DNA of 62,637 nucleotides, filler included, from Choristocarpus tenellus KU-1152 (lineage: Eukaryota; Protista; Phaeophyceae): assembly GCA_964200185.2 (NCBI GenBank). It is 11 parts of 11 records of this genome, joined end to end, with 100 filler letters (N's around TTAATTAATTAA, not from the genome) between each part and the next. Parts side by side here need not be neighbours in the genome. Positions count along the whole stretch, not along the records: positions 1 to 5,401 come from CAXNAD020010905.1; positions 5,502 to 11,304 come from CAXNAD020009715.1; positions 11,405 to 16,747 come from CAXNAD020011083.1; 8 more parts are not named here. One strand, given 5' to 3'. Positions 1 to 12,091 of this stretch are shown in pieces (position 1 is the first letter of the stretch; the number at the start of each line of letters is the position of its first letter). The position numbers were made by a program, and so were the translations under genes. Below the pieces are notes generated by a model. That model was given only the letters and a program-made list of their open reading frames with translations, was not told the DNA's origin and did no database searches.

Positions 1-128
1 ATGCCTACCCAACCTTCCCCACACTCCTCCTCCCCCCCCCCCCTCTTTCTCCCCCTCCCTTGACATCCGCGCTCTTTCTCATCATGATGGTGTGTTTGTC
101 ATGCATGTATGGGTATATGGGTGTGTAG

Positions 129-3100
129 CATGGGCGCCACCTTCCGAGGTGCTAACATGAGTAGGGCCTTCAACGTACGACAGGTATGCCTACAGTAGTA
201 ATTGTACACCACTGAAGAAATTTCTGCGCTTTTTCACTGAATGGTCCTGCAGTGGTTCATGCTCTGGTACCAGCACAGCAGCACTTCTCATTGTTACAGT
301 GGAATAGGTTCATAGTACCAGATAGTACCAGCATTATTTTTTTTGTTGATGTCATAGTACAGCACCTGTTTGTTGTTGCTGGAATCAACTACCACCTGTT
401 TATATTGTCAACCCCCAAGTATAGTTCATTTTTTCCGGAGCCAGTCCCACGTTTTGCTCCAACCCACTCTTGCCTTGAAAATATAGTCCATGCCATCTGA
501 CCCAATATATCCCCATTTATCAGCCTTTTCTTTTGAACCGAATACGCTCCTTGCTGTAGTCTCACTCATCACTTCCCTGAGGCCAGACTGTTATTTAACT
601 GTTCCCTTTAGGTACCTGTAATTCTGCCCTTGGGCTGGTCCCATTCCTGGTCAGCACCATTCTAGTTGAACCTTTACCATTGGTACTATTACAAAGCCCT
701 GCGTTCCATCACCAATGAACCGTCTCCTTCTGATCTCTCTCTCTCTCTTTCTTCTACTTGTGAATCGATAATGGTTGAGTTATTGGAGGGCAGGGAGTTT
801 GCATGGTCTGTTAGTTGAAAGGTACAACATGATATAATTTATTTTCAGTACCATAAGGTATTGGTTGTGTGTTGCATTGAATCTCAGTTCGGATTGGATC
901 TATAATGTGTGTTTCTCTCAAGTCTTTTTTGTATCATTTATTTGATATATCATTTCTTTGATATCGGATCACCAAGGTGGGCCTGTCGGACTTTACGCCA
1001 TGGGCAGTGGATGTGAGCTTCCGGGATACCGAGGCATCAGAGTTCAAGGGTGTGTTGGGAGGCTTGTTTGGTGGGGGTAAGAAGGATGCCGCTGCCGCCA
1101 CTCCGGTTGGAGAAGTATTCAAGGTGAAGAGTTTTTTTTTATTGGGGGGTGAAGATTAGGAGTTTTTCCTCAACCATAGACTTTCATCTTGCTCAGAGAT
1201 CAGGAGTTTTGACACCTGTATGGACGGCTAGAATGGTATTTATTTTACCGACTCTCTCCCTCCTCATCCAGGTGGGACATTGTCCTGTTGATGGAGTGAT
1301 GGAGTGATGTAGAGATGGAGTGATGGAGTGATGTAGTGATGTAGAGATGAAGGCAAACGTTCATTGTGTTGGGTGGTAAAACGTTTTTTCGTGTTTCTTT
1401 TTTTTGTGTATCGACCCTGAAGAGGAAGCCATACCCTCCTGCCACCCCCCCCGCCCCCTCCTCACCTTTTTTTCATACCTCCCACTCGCAAACAACTCTC
1501 ATTGAACCCATGCCTGTGTTAGTGTGTCATGTTGGATTGTTTAGGTGTACTTGTTGTCGTTCTTGTTGTGTACCTTTTTTGGGCATGTGTTTTATGTGTT
1601 ACTCCTGTTTGCTTTTGTTTGTCTTGGTTCTTGTTCCTGGCAGGAGGCGTCGCTGTACAAGGCCAACACGCCTCTTCCTCTGAAGAAAACCCTCGGCATT
1701 TCGCACACGACAGACTTCCAGGTGAGAGGTGTTGTGGGGAGAGAATGAGGGTGGGGTAAAAGAGTGATGTCTCTATAGACTGAATGTATGTGCAGTGGAC
1801 TAGTGATTCGAAGGAGGTGTGACTTGAGAACTAACATGATCTTTTTTTCCCGTGTATCCAATGGGAAAGATATACTGATGCCTCTCTAGGCCAAATTTGC
1901 CAGCAGGCAGACCTAGTGTAGGTTTTTTTTTACAGTAGTTGTAGCAGTGGTAGGCGTTTTGATTTAGTTAGATCATGTTTATATGCTGCGTGATGCATTG
2001 CGACTTGATTGGGTAAAAGCACCCTTTAACAGAGAGTGTGCACTAGGGCCCACTTATTTTTATCATGTTTATTGCACCCAAGAGACAAGAAGTGCTGCAG
2101 AGTATACTTTGGACTTGAGTTTTGTGCTGGTATTGAATTGGACTGCTCCTCTGTCTCAGGGGCTTTTGATGCATGTTGCTTACAGTGCAGACTTTGCATT
2201 GCCATGTTATCAAACAGTTGGGTGTACAACTGACCTGGAGGTGTTTTTAAGAAGGATACTTGTGTGGGTTGCTATATCGAATTTAAATGTATGTGGAAAG
2301 GCTGTTATTTGATGGGACTGAAACTTATCGCAGTTAATTGGCTGTTCCCTTCGGCCAAGAATAATAATTTCAGTTTTTAATGCTCATTTCTGTTTGCTCA
2401 CATTATACTGAGACTTGAGCCAGGATGTACTCCACTGGGGAAGTGATGGTTGCACTTTGCTGCAGGTTTATGAATACATTAATATATCCATTTATCTATA
2501 TTGGAAGTATTTTTGCCCTTTGTTTCTAGGTGAAATGAAAGTAATTTTTGTATTCCTGTTTTTCCCACTCATCTTTCCAAATGTTTGCAATTATAACCTG
2601 ATACATTTATATTTATGCAAAAATCTGCAAACATGGAGTACGCATGGCATGACCCTCAAGAATCAAAAAGTAGGCACTGACCTCGTAATGAAACAGTAGT
2701 CCTCTTCTGTTTGTTTGCTTGGAGATAATTTTAGGGTTGGAGTCATATCCCCCTTCCCCACCACCACCACCAAAGAAAAAAAAATTACTGTCCTTCTTGG
2801 TCTTAACCCTTACATATCTGAAAAATTACTGTCCTTCTTGGTCTTAACCCTTACATATCTGCGCACATACATAAAATGGGATGTGATAATCCCCAGTTGA
2901 ATATGACCTACGCACCAGTGGGGGAGGGTAACCTGCAGCTGCCGGAGGGCACTCAGTCCATGATTGCTTCCTACTACGTGGATGGCGTTGCCAAGTTTGC
3001 GAAGGAGATGGAGGCTGAGGGTGAGAGGGAGGGGGGAGGAGAAAATTGTTTTTAATTTGTTGTGTGTGTTGTGATTTTGTTTAAATTGTGGGTGGGATTT

Positions 3101-4921
3101 TATTTTTTATTGGGGGGGGGGAACAGGGTTCTGTTGTTGTGCCCAAACTAACTCAAACGTAGAATGTAAGAGGCAGCGCGCGCGTGTGGACAAACACAAT
3201 ACACACCACTGCAGTTGAAAGTCTTGACCATGTTGGTTGATGATAGTTTGTATTTTCATGATTTGATTGATTGATGGTGTTAATAAGGATCTCGACAACT
3301 TTAGTCAGTACAAACACGATAAAGCATGCATCTATGACAACAGTAGACAACCTTTAGATAGTGCAGTGATCAAAACTCGATTCCTTCCTGCTGTTTGATC
3401 TGACAAGGTCGAGGAGCCCCTAAGGTGGCGTTGCGGTTTACCTCAAATGTGGGAGGCGTTCCTCAGTTGTCCAGTGCGGAGGCGTATGTGGAGTTTGAGA
3501 AGGAGGTATGTGGTGGGGTTGTTCACTAGGAAAGCATGCTCTCTTTTTTTGTGGTGGAAGAGATGGTTGTGAAGGGCAGGGTGGGTTTCTGAGGAGGGTA
3601 GGATACAGCAATCAGGGGCACATGGTTTGTTGCTCATCTCAGCCTTTTTTAGGATTGTTCTGTTCCTTCCCCTTACCACATGGTATATTTCTTTTAAAGC
3701 AGTTTCCCAGTTGTAATCTCCATTTTAAACAACAAATGGAGAACGGGACAAACTCTTTAGTGATACTAACCCTTGAGTGATGTACCACTACTATAAAACA
3801 AAGGTGACCTATGTGGAGGACCAAGTTGTAGAGGAGGAAGAGGAAGTGGCAGCTGAAGTAACTGAGGGTAGCAAGGAAGAGGGGCAGGGGGAGGAGTTGC
3901 CAGAGGAAGGTAAGACTTTTTTTTTGTAGAGGGAAGAGGACCAGGTGGGACCATGCCCGGAGGTAGGAGATGGGCATGAGGGTGGGAATTGTGATTAGCT
4001 TTTAAGTGAGAGAGAGCACGCTGTCTCTCCTGATCTTTGGGATATTTTTTTTGTGTACCTCAAGTCTAGATTATAGATCTTGAGTAGAGTAGTAGGCAGT
4101 GGTTGTCATGTACAGAAGGAGGGCTGATAGTTACGGCTTTGTACTAGAATGCTGTGTCTGTAACAGTAGTGACGTCCAGTTTGCATATGGCCTGGTACGA
4201 TGAGGGAAAAGCCTGATACAAAATTTGGTAATGCCTTACCAAGGTGTTGGAAACCCTTGTGGGGGGGCTTGCGTGTATTGGCAGCATTAGCACTTCGTGC
4301 GCAGAAGTAATCTGTTGCATAGATAGTGTGGATTCCATCCCATAGGGAACAGATCAAGAGAGTAGTAGTTGCAGTGTATGTTGCTGATTGATGGCATCCC
4401 TTTGACTCCAATTTAGGATATGGGTGTAACTCCCCTCCGATCTCCCTGGGTACATCTCATTCTACATACGTCCTGTGGGCCTAATGTCTGTTGAGATCTT
4501 TTGTTTGTTGGAGTATTTGCCCTTTATTGCTTTATGGTAGACATGATCGAAGTACTGTATTCCTGTTTGTACTTACTCTGGTGGATATTGTACCATTGGG
4601 TTGTATGTCAAGTAGTGTAGGCTTTACGTTGCAATCTATAGTCCTAATAGTGGTGTGTTCCCAGCCTTAGCACCAACCCCACCTTCCACTTGTCGAATTT
4701 TATTTTTGACAGGAGTGGTTGATGAAGGGGGTGTGGGAGAGGGGGGTGTAGATGGAGCAGCAGGGGAAGATGGAGATGCGGCAGGAGGAGCGAGTAACGG
4801 TGAGAGTGAGGGGGAGAAGGTAAAGGGTGCTAAGAAGATCAAGAAGACTATCAAGGTGACCAAGACCAGAACTGTAACAGAGAAGAAGAGGAGCAAGCTC
4901 ACTGTCACCCCCTCTTTCCAG
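129..4921 (+). CDS. HYOU1: Hsp70-superfamily ER chaperone/nucleotide-exchange factor (HYOU1/GRP170/Lhs1-like), internal part; exons 129-183, 977-1123, 1644-1721, 2897-3020, 3408-3505, 3804-3909, 4713-4921
   Basis: Spliced translation MGATFRGANMSRAFNVRQ|VGLSDFTPWAVDV...|EASLYKANTPLPLKKTLGISHTTDFQ|LNMTY...IASYYVDGVAKFAKE|GRGAPKVALRF...SSAEAYVEFE, then an acidic loop and a Lys-rich segment. This matches the NBD end, linker and SBD-beta with acidic insertion of Hsp110/Grp170. All phases are consistent; the last donor is GC (CAG|gcaagt). Confidence 0.85.
2780..2861. repeat. 41-bp tandem duplication (intronic)
   Basis: aaaaattactgtccttcttggtcttaacccttacatatctg occurs twice head-to-tail. Confidence 0.9.
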
Positions 4922-5401
4922 GCAAGTTTTCTGTGTTTTTTTTGTTTAGTTTATGGTGTACGGTACTTACTTCGTGGTGGTTGAAATATGTGTCATGATA
5001 GAGAGAGTTCCTGTTGCAATGAAACTAACAAGATGAAAGAGATACAACCCCTCTACTGCAGCTAATAGTCGATTCCTTCTCCAGAATGGAGAAGACATTG
5101 TCGGTTGGGATCAATTGTTACGCTGTGATAATCATGAATCATAGGCACAAATACATACAGCTTGTACCTCGTGTATGTGCCATTGCGCCCCCACCCCCTG
5201 TACCCTTATTTTGTCTACCCTACCCATGCTTTGCTCTTGGATTCCTGTAGGCATGTAACATGTGTGATGAGTGATGAGGAATCCGCCCCCAGTATAACTA
5301 GCGTATCCCTCCACACCCACCCAGAATCTCCCCCCCCCCCCATAGCCTTCCTGTTACCTTTCAATTTTGTTAATACTCTCAATATTGTGTCCTGTTTTAC
5401 C

Positions 5402-5501
5402 NNNNNNNNNNNNNNNNNNNNNNNNNNNNNNNNNNNNNNNNNNNNTTAATTAATTAANNNNNNNNNNNNNNNNNNNNNNNNNNNNNNNNNNNNNNNNNNN
5501 N
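5402..5501. other. Artificial contig-joining linker N44-TTAATTAATTAA-N44; also at 11305-11404, 16748-16847, 21743-21842, 28380-28479, 34153-34252, 39960-40059, 43952-44051, 47739-47838, 51844-51943
   Basis: Ten identical 100-nt blocks; the 12-mer gives stops in all six frames; genes are cut off at these points. Confidence 0.98.
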
Positions 5502-7249
5502 TCTTAAATTGTTTCTTCTACAGAATCTTCTATTACACATGAATAAAAAGCATATTCTTAACAGACAACCACACCACACCAATCGTGAAATAATCTAGGG
5601 CTCCGGTGTGATGGAGAACCTTACCTTGCCAGCATTTGGAAAGTTCTATTTTGTACCATGAATATAGTATCCTCTTCCCTGTTAGTGAGGTGAAAGGGTG
5701 CAATGCTACTAAAGTAGCACAAAGCCAACCTTCTGGTTGAATACTAACCCGAACCCATGTATACATGGCATCTTACAATACTTCCCTTCTGAATACCATG
5801 CACTAGATTTAGGTTTTCACAACAGTACAGCAGAGATGGGAATTATCGCATATGCCTAGAGCTGAATTATATACAAGGTATACGCCTTGTCACGACAGGT
5901 GTCAATCACTATGACACCCTGGGCTGAAGCATGACGGACACTTATCACGTTACTGTGCTTGATATCAATGCATACTCAACAATATAAAAAATCTTACAGC
6001 CCAGAGAGAGCTCCGAGATCATCTTGAGCATACCATGCCCCTGATATGGTTGCTCTTTACCTGGTTAAGTTGCTCCTAGGCATATACTGACATTCCATGT
6101 CACAATGGAAAACAGATGTGAAATACTCTTGAACTGGGGGTTCAAAATGCAAAAGAGGTCCAGTGTTTCATCAAGCATTGCTATTGACGGGATGCAATAC
6201 AGTTGAAGTTGATTCCAATTTGCTCTAAGTTCCACAGGCGATCAGGGAGCTTGGTACGTGAGGCGTATGATAGATAAGAATGAGAATAAGATGATGCAAT
6301 ATTACTACTTCGAAGTATATATAATGATCCTCTCAATCGATCACCTACTACTGTGCAGCATAGGCCAGGTCAGTCCATATGTTCGTCCAAAATTACCAAA
6401 ATAACCATAACATGGGCAGCTTGCGAATGCAATCACTAGGTCTCTAATGGGTTCACAAAAGACAGGAAACAATAACCTCCAACTCAGACATTACTATACC
6501 TTCAACCTTTAGGTAGTTGTGTACCTGAGTCGGCTAATTATCATACAGGGAGGGTAAGCCATCATTATCACCAGAGCCGTCAATATATGGAGTGTGGTGA
6601 TGAGGAAAATAAGAATGTCGTACTCTTCACAAAGCCAACCTCCAGCAGACAAGAACAAAGAGAGAAAAAAAATTAAATGCATACTACGCCTGGAACATTC
6701 TACCTTGCTATAGATCTCTTACTATAGAGATAAATATAACTCCTTTCTACATAACGAAAAAGCTTCAACCCAAATATTTTGCTACGATGTTGGCAACATG
6801 CCTTGTGCTTGGCCATGACCGACATTTTCATACATAGTGACTACGGATTGAAGGTTTCAGTTGGGTACCTAACCTCATCCAACTCTCCCTCATTGTCAGA
6901 CGTCACCTGTGAAGCAGCATCCTCTCTATCTGCCGCTGGTAGATTTCTTGCACCCCTGTCACTCAAGTTGAATAGTCTAAGCTCCTTATGAGTGGCGCTT
7001 GAAACCTTGCATTGATATTGAATGCTCCTTTCTGGTCGAATTGGTGCGACTCAAGTCCCTCCCACTGTGACCAAACTCAGTAGCCTCGTAACGCAAGCGG
7101 TCCAATCCACCTCGCTTCCCGATATCCTTGATCGCCTCGATCCTACTTTCATTTTTTTTCACGTATTCTATGAAGATGCAGAGCTTCGCTGACTCGCTTT
7201 CCACGCTGTTGCTAGGGTCCCTAGGGAAGTATAGGTGATCAATGAGATC

Positions 7250-8482
7250 TTAGGGGTCATAAATATCCACGGGAGGGTTTGACAATAGGGATCCAATAAT
7301 GACGATCGCCGACAAAGCGAGCAGGAATATCCCGAAGGCAGCAGTAAGATACGTCACTTCCACACCCGCTCCAATGTGTTCGATGACGTCCAAGTGCTGA
7401 GTAGAACCAATGGAGTTGTCAGGGCGCTCACCAAAGGGCGAAATGCGGACTTCATCGTTATAGTCGAGGTTCTCAAAGCTCCAATGAGTGAGCAATGCGA
7501 AACAATCGCCACCCCCCGTTGTATCTCTTCCACCCGTCTTGACACCATTCACAAGCCCAGTCACAATCGCTTCAACGAGACGGTAACTAGAAGAGATATA
7601 GAAGACGGGAAGTAATATTTTAGGCTCCTTGGCTCGCCAGACAGAGTAGAGGAAACTTGGGTAACTAGATTCCTCCTCAACTATCAGGTATGTGTCGTCG
7701 TCGGGGTTGTTGCTGTTGAGGATGATGGTTGGGGGGCTATCCACTTCAGCTTCGGACGACAAGGCTGGCCCACTTGCGCACTCACTCACCGTACCCCAAG
7801 GGTTCACATTATCGCCCAGCATCAATGTGCCGTTCCTGATTGCTTCCCCCGTGCAACTTACGCCCTTCACAGAGGTATTCCCGTTGTAGTACAAGCTGGG
7901 AGCATATTCATTTGATAAGAAGTCATCTGACCACCGAGATATGACTGTGGTACCCTCAATATCGCGATCACCTACCTGATTATCTTTGCCATCACTGCCC
8001 CTGTATAATCCTACCGCGTAGCCTTTGCTGGACGAGCCCTTGAAGTTGCTTCTCCATCCCTTGGTAGCAGCAATGTCATCCATGCGAATGACACCCCAAA
8101 CCTGTCCGTTCTTATCCACTCCCCGCTCAAGAACTGGGGGGGGACGATTTAGTAGGTCCACAGGGCCACCTTCTTCAAAACCTAAATGCATCATGAGTTC
8201 CAAAGCCAAGGACGCTAGAGAAAACACCGATATGAGAAGAGTTGCGATTCGTGCAGTGGTCCAGTTTCCACGGTCTCCCAATACTTCCTCACGTAGTGAA
8301 TAGTTGGTGACTTCAACCGACAGCCGTTCATATTTGATGGCTTGCCACCTCATATGAGCCCTCAAACGTGCAAGGGCCTTCTCCACTATTGGCTGGAGTA
8401 AGTACGCGATGAAGATGAAGGATAAGATGATGAATAGCGTACCGTCACCTTCGGGAAGCCTAATGATCCACATTCTTATCAA
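7250..8482 (-). CDS. Intronless uncharacterised membrane protein (two N-terminal TM helices, ~280-aa Cys/sequon-bearing loop, C-terminal TM); possibly truncated by a premature TAA
   Basis: 410-aa ORF with hydrophobic stretches LFIILSFIFIAYLL, IATLLISVFSLASLALEL and AAFGIFLLALSAIVIIGSLL, and NTS/NGT sequons in the loop. The same frame stays open past the TAA (7250-7252) to 6986. Confidence 0.7.
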   Translation of the reverse strand: MIRMWIIRLPEGDGTLFIILSFIFIAYLLQPIVEKALARLRAHMRWQAIKYERLSVEVTNYSLREEVLGDRGNWTTARIATLLISVFSLASLALELMMHLGFEEGGPVDLLNRPPPVLERGVDKNGQVWGVIRMDDIAATKGWRSNFKGSSSKGYAVGLYRGSDGKDNQVGDRDIEGTTVISRWSDDFLSNEYAPSLYYNGNTSVKGVSCTGEAIRNGTLMLGDNVNPWGTVSECASGPALSSEAEVDSPPTIILNSNNPDDDTYLIVEEESSYPSFLYSVWRAKEPKILLPVFYISSSYRLVEAIVTGLVNGVKTGGRDTTGGGDCFALLTHWSFENLDYNDEVRISPFGERPDNSIGSTQHLDVIEHIGAGVEVTYLTAAFGIFLLALSAIVIIGSLLSNPPVDIYDP

Positions 8483-9339
8483 CTACTCCAATTCCAAGTA
8501 ATCGTGCTCCAACCTGGTATTCCCGCTTGACCAATTAGGTTCCTGCGGAGACAATCTTCTATGAGTTTCTTGTGGATGTAGATCATTGCATGGAGCAAGT
8601 AGCACAGCAGAAGGGGCATCGAATGGAAGAGACGAGGTGGCAAAGTTGGCATGGAGCGTATACGATCTTTTCTACCATCAATATCAAGAGGGCATTGAGA
8701 AACGGAAAATAGTTGGGACTCGAAACTTCGGGCACACTGATACAATCCTGAACTGGGGACTCAGACGAGACAGCCCTCAAACCTGGCTCACTGAAGTCTG
8801 AAATGGCAACCATAACCTGTTGGTCGCTGATGAGGTTGAGTTGAGTTGTGTGATGAAGGGTGCAAGTTCAGGATTTTTCAATTCAAGACAAAATAGTAGA
8901 CGTTTTGTTCTTACAATTTTGTATCAGTCCTAAAATACTTCATATATAAATAATAGTTGTTGGGGAGAGTTATTCTTCTATCAGCATTTGAAAGTATGAC
9001 CTCTTTCTGTGTATGAAAGATGTAAAGACAATATTCATAGTGAAATTAGTAGTACAATCTACAAATGTTCCATATTAAGAATTATTATAAATTGTAATAC
9101 AAAATACACCATCTAGTGTTTTAATCTTTAGTATATATAATTTGAAAATTAACGACTGAAAAAAATATTTTTCAATTACGGAATGAAAGTAGTGAAGTAA
9201 GATGAATTACGCCTATGTTTTAAAACCTTCCTCTGCCTGAAGGAAGTGGAACACTATTGATGGAGTGTGATGTACAGGTTACGATCAAGAGAAGAGACAA
9301 GAAAAATCAAGGAAACAAGTTAAGCACTCTAGTGAATAC

Positions 9340-11304
9340 ATAAAGAAAAATGCGGAATGAAGAACCAAGGTCTTCAAATCGAACGTGTTGGAGGTTCTTG
9401 GTAAGAATGTCAGCAAGTTGATCCTTGGTGCAGATATGGACAACACGAACAATGCAAGAGGCCACTGTATCCCGGAGAAAGGCGAGACAGACCCCGACGT
9501 GCTTGGTGCGTGGGCTGTATGCCGGGTTGTTCGCCAGATGTATAGTGCCTTGGTTGTCCTCATGTAGTATCAGTGGAGACTTGGCATCAAAACCGAGGGA
9601 GGAGAGTAGACTGCGAAGGTGTGGACTTCTTGAGCTGCAAAGCTGAGGGCGGCTTTCACTTTCTGTGCTGGACAGGGAGACCGTTGACTGCTTCTTGCTC
9701 GACCAGGTGACAGGGCCTCCATTCAGCATGAAAATATAGCCAAACGTGGAGCTGTAGGATTCAGGATCACTTGCGTAACTAGCGTCAGTGTAGCCATGTA
9801 GGGTGGGGGATTCGGAGGGAGTGGATGAGTATCAAAGGACAAAGGAAGGAGCACCCCGAAGCTAGCGGAGTACTCGCTTGGCGGCAATCAGGTGAGTTGC
9901 ATGACAGCATGAGATATATCTGGGCGTGTGCAAATGGAAAGATATAGTAGACTGCCAACCAGGGTTTGGTAATGTTTGATATCATGTGGGGACAGGAGTG
10001 ACTCAGGATGCGTGGACAGTTCATGGGGGTCAGCGGGGGTCGTAGATGAGTTGCAGGTAGCCATCCCGAATCGCTCCAAAAGGCTACGAACATAAAGCTC
10101 TTGGGTGAGGATGATCTCGTGCTTGGGCAGCTCTCGGACTATGCGTATTCCCAGTATCCATTCAGCTCGTCCAAGTTCTTCCATCTCGAACTGCTGCTGA
10201 AGTCTGCGTTTGGTAGTGTTGATAAGGTCAGCATTGGATCCTGTTATGCCCATGTCATTCACGTAGACAAAAAGGATAATCTCTGCTTCCCCTCTGGTGT
10301 ACACGTGGGGATCAACGGCACTGGGGGTCAGGTGAAGTGAGGTGAGAGTGTGATGGAGGGTTTGATGCCAGGCACGGGGGGCTTGCTGGAGACCGTACAG
10401 GGCTTTGTTGAGGCAGTACACCCGTGGGAGGCCTTGAGCACTGGTTTCTGGAAATCCTGGCGCTGGGTGGGCGAAACTCAATCGGTAAGTGGGCTTTGAA
10501 GGAAGGCTGATTTAGCATCCCTTTGAAACAGGAGCCAATCATGGTAGGTAGAAAGGGAAAAAAAAGTGCGGATGGTACCCAGGCGGGAAACAGGGGCAAA
10601 GGTATTGTGGACGTCAATACCTGGGATCTGAGTGTACCCCCTGGCAACCAGGCGAGCCTTGCGCTTGAGGATGCTATCATCAGACTTGCGCTTGGTCTTT
10701 AACAGCTACCCAGTGGAGATGATGTTGTCTGTGGGGAGGAGGCTTGCTTTATCCACCGCACTCCAGGTCTTGTTACGCAGCAGTGATCCATTCTCCGCAC
10801 GGACAGCTTGTTCCCAGTGTGTTGCATGGCCTCTTTGAAAGAACGTGGCAGGTCAGGGATAATGGGGCTAGATGGGGTGTGGTGGAGAAATACAGAGTGG
10901 ACAAAAGAAGATTGAAGGGTGATGGATATAGATGTTGTGGCAGAGGAGACCCCAGCAAGGATGTTAGGGCAGTCAAAGAAAGTGGTAGTGGCAAGAGAGA
11001 CCTCCTCGCAGAGACCTGGGTTGTTGAATGAGCTGAGGCGATAAAGTTCACGGGATTGTGCGGTGGTAGTTGGTGGTGGTGATGAAGTGGGGGGTGGGAT
11101 GGTGATAGTGGCTGGAGGAGTCAGTGAGACAGAAGGTGAGGGTGTGGGAATGGGGTGTGCGCATGGTTGGTCTGGGGTTGTGGTTGTAACGTCAATGGGA
11201 TCAGGTGATACGGGGGGGGGGGGGGGGGGGGTCGGGGGGGGAGAGGGGAAGGGGGGGGTGTGGGGAAAGGGGGGAGATCTGGGTGGGCGCGGGATCTTTA
11301 AAAA
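9340..11304 (-). mobile_element. Degenerate Ty1/copia LTR retrotransposon, reverse transcriptase + RNase H
   Basis: Motifs KARLVARGYTQIPGID, CLNKALYGLQQAPRAW, FVYVNDMGI, YQTLVGSLLYLSICTRPDI, WSSKKQSTVSLSSTESE, EDNQG, RTKHV and DQLADILTK spread over several frames with stops and frameshifts. Confidence 0.95.
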
Positions 11305-11442
11305 NNNNNNNNNNNNNNNNNNNNNNNNNNNNNNNNNNNNNNNNNNNNTTAATTAATTAANNNNNNNNNNNNNNNNNNNNNNNNNNNNNNNNNNNNNNNN
11401 NNNNGCGGCGGGGGGAGGGGGGGGGGGGGGGGGGGGGGGGGG

Positions 11443-11477
<35 letters not shown>

Positions 11478-11509
11478 GGGCAATCATTGATGGAGGGTCC
11501 GGTGAGTGT

Positions 11510-11644
11510 GCATGTGATGCATGGTTGGGGTTGTCATTTCCGTAGAGAGGGGCATGTGATGCATGGTTGGGGTTGTCATTTCCATAGAGAGGGGCATGTG
11601 ATGCATGGTTGGGGTTGTCATTTCCATAGAGAGGGGCATGTGAT
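11510..11644. repeat. 42-bp minisatellite, ~3.2 copies
   Basis: gcatgtgatgcatggttggggttgtcatttccRtagagaggg repeated contiguously without spacers. Confidence 0.95.
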
Positions 11645-12091
11645 ACTAATAGATGTGCGTATTAATACTGTTCCTGTCAGCGTCTGACCTTTGCCATGTT
11701 TTCTTCTCATGTCTAAATATATGCTCTACTTACTTTTTTGCATCTTGTTTTGTGTCAAACACTGTTACATATATATATATATATAGCATCAAGGTGTGTA
11801 GTGTAGTTTGGGGTTCAGGACTTGGGAGCATGCTTGCTTGACTCTCACATCACTCTGCACGGAGTTGTTAGCCTAAGATTAAGATGGTTGGGTCGCCTCG
11901 TAGTTTCCAGTTAGTCTTAGTCTAACACTTCGTGTATCCGTCATTCACAGCAGGGATTGATAATGCCCAAGGTCAGAAAATATAGTTCCATGTATCTACT
12001 TGGCCTTCATTCTACCCCCCCCCCCCCTCCCCTTTGTCTCCCCCCCCTAATGCTCTATTTCTACCCTGCCCTTGTGTACCTGTACCACCAG

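Noticed and set aside
11510-11644. 42-bp repeats as a CRISPR array
   Set aside because: Units are contiguous with no unique spacers, there are no cas genes, and the context is eukaryotic intron.
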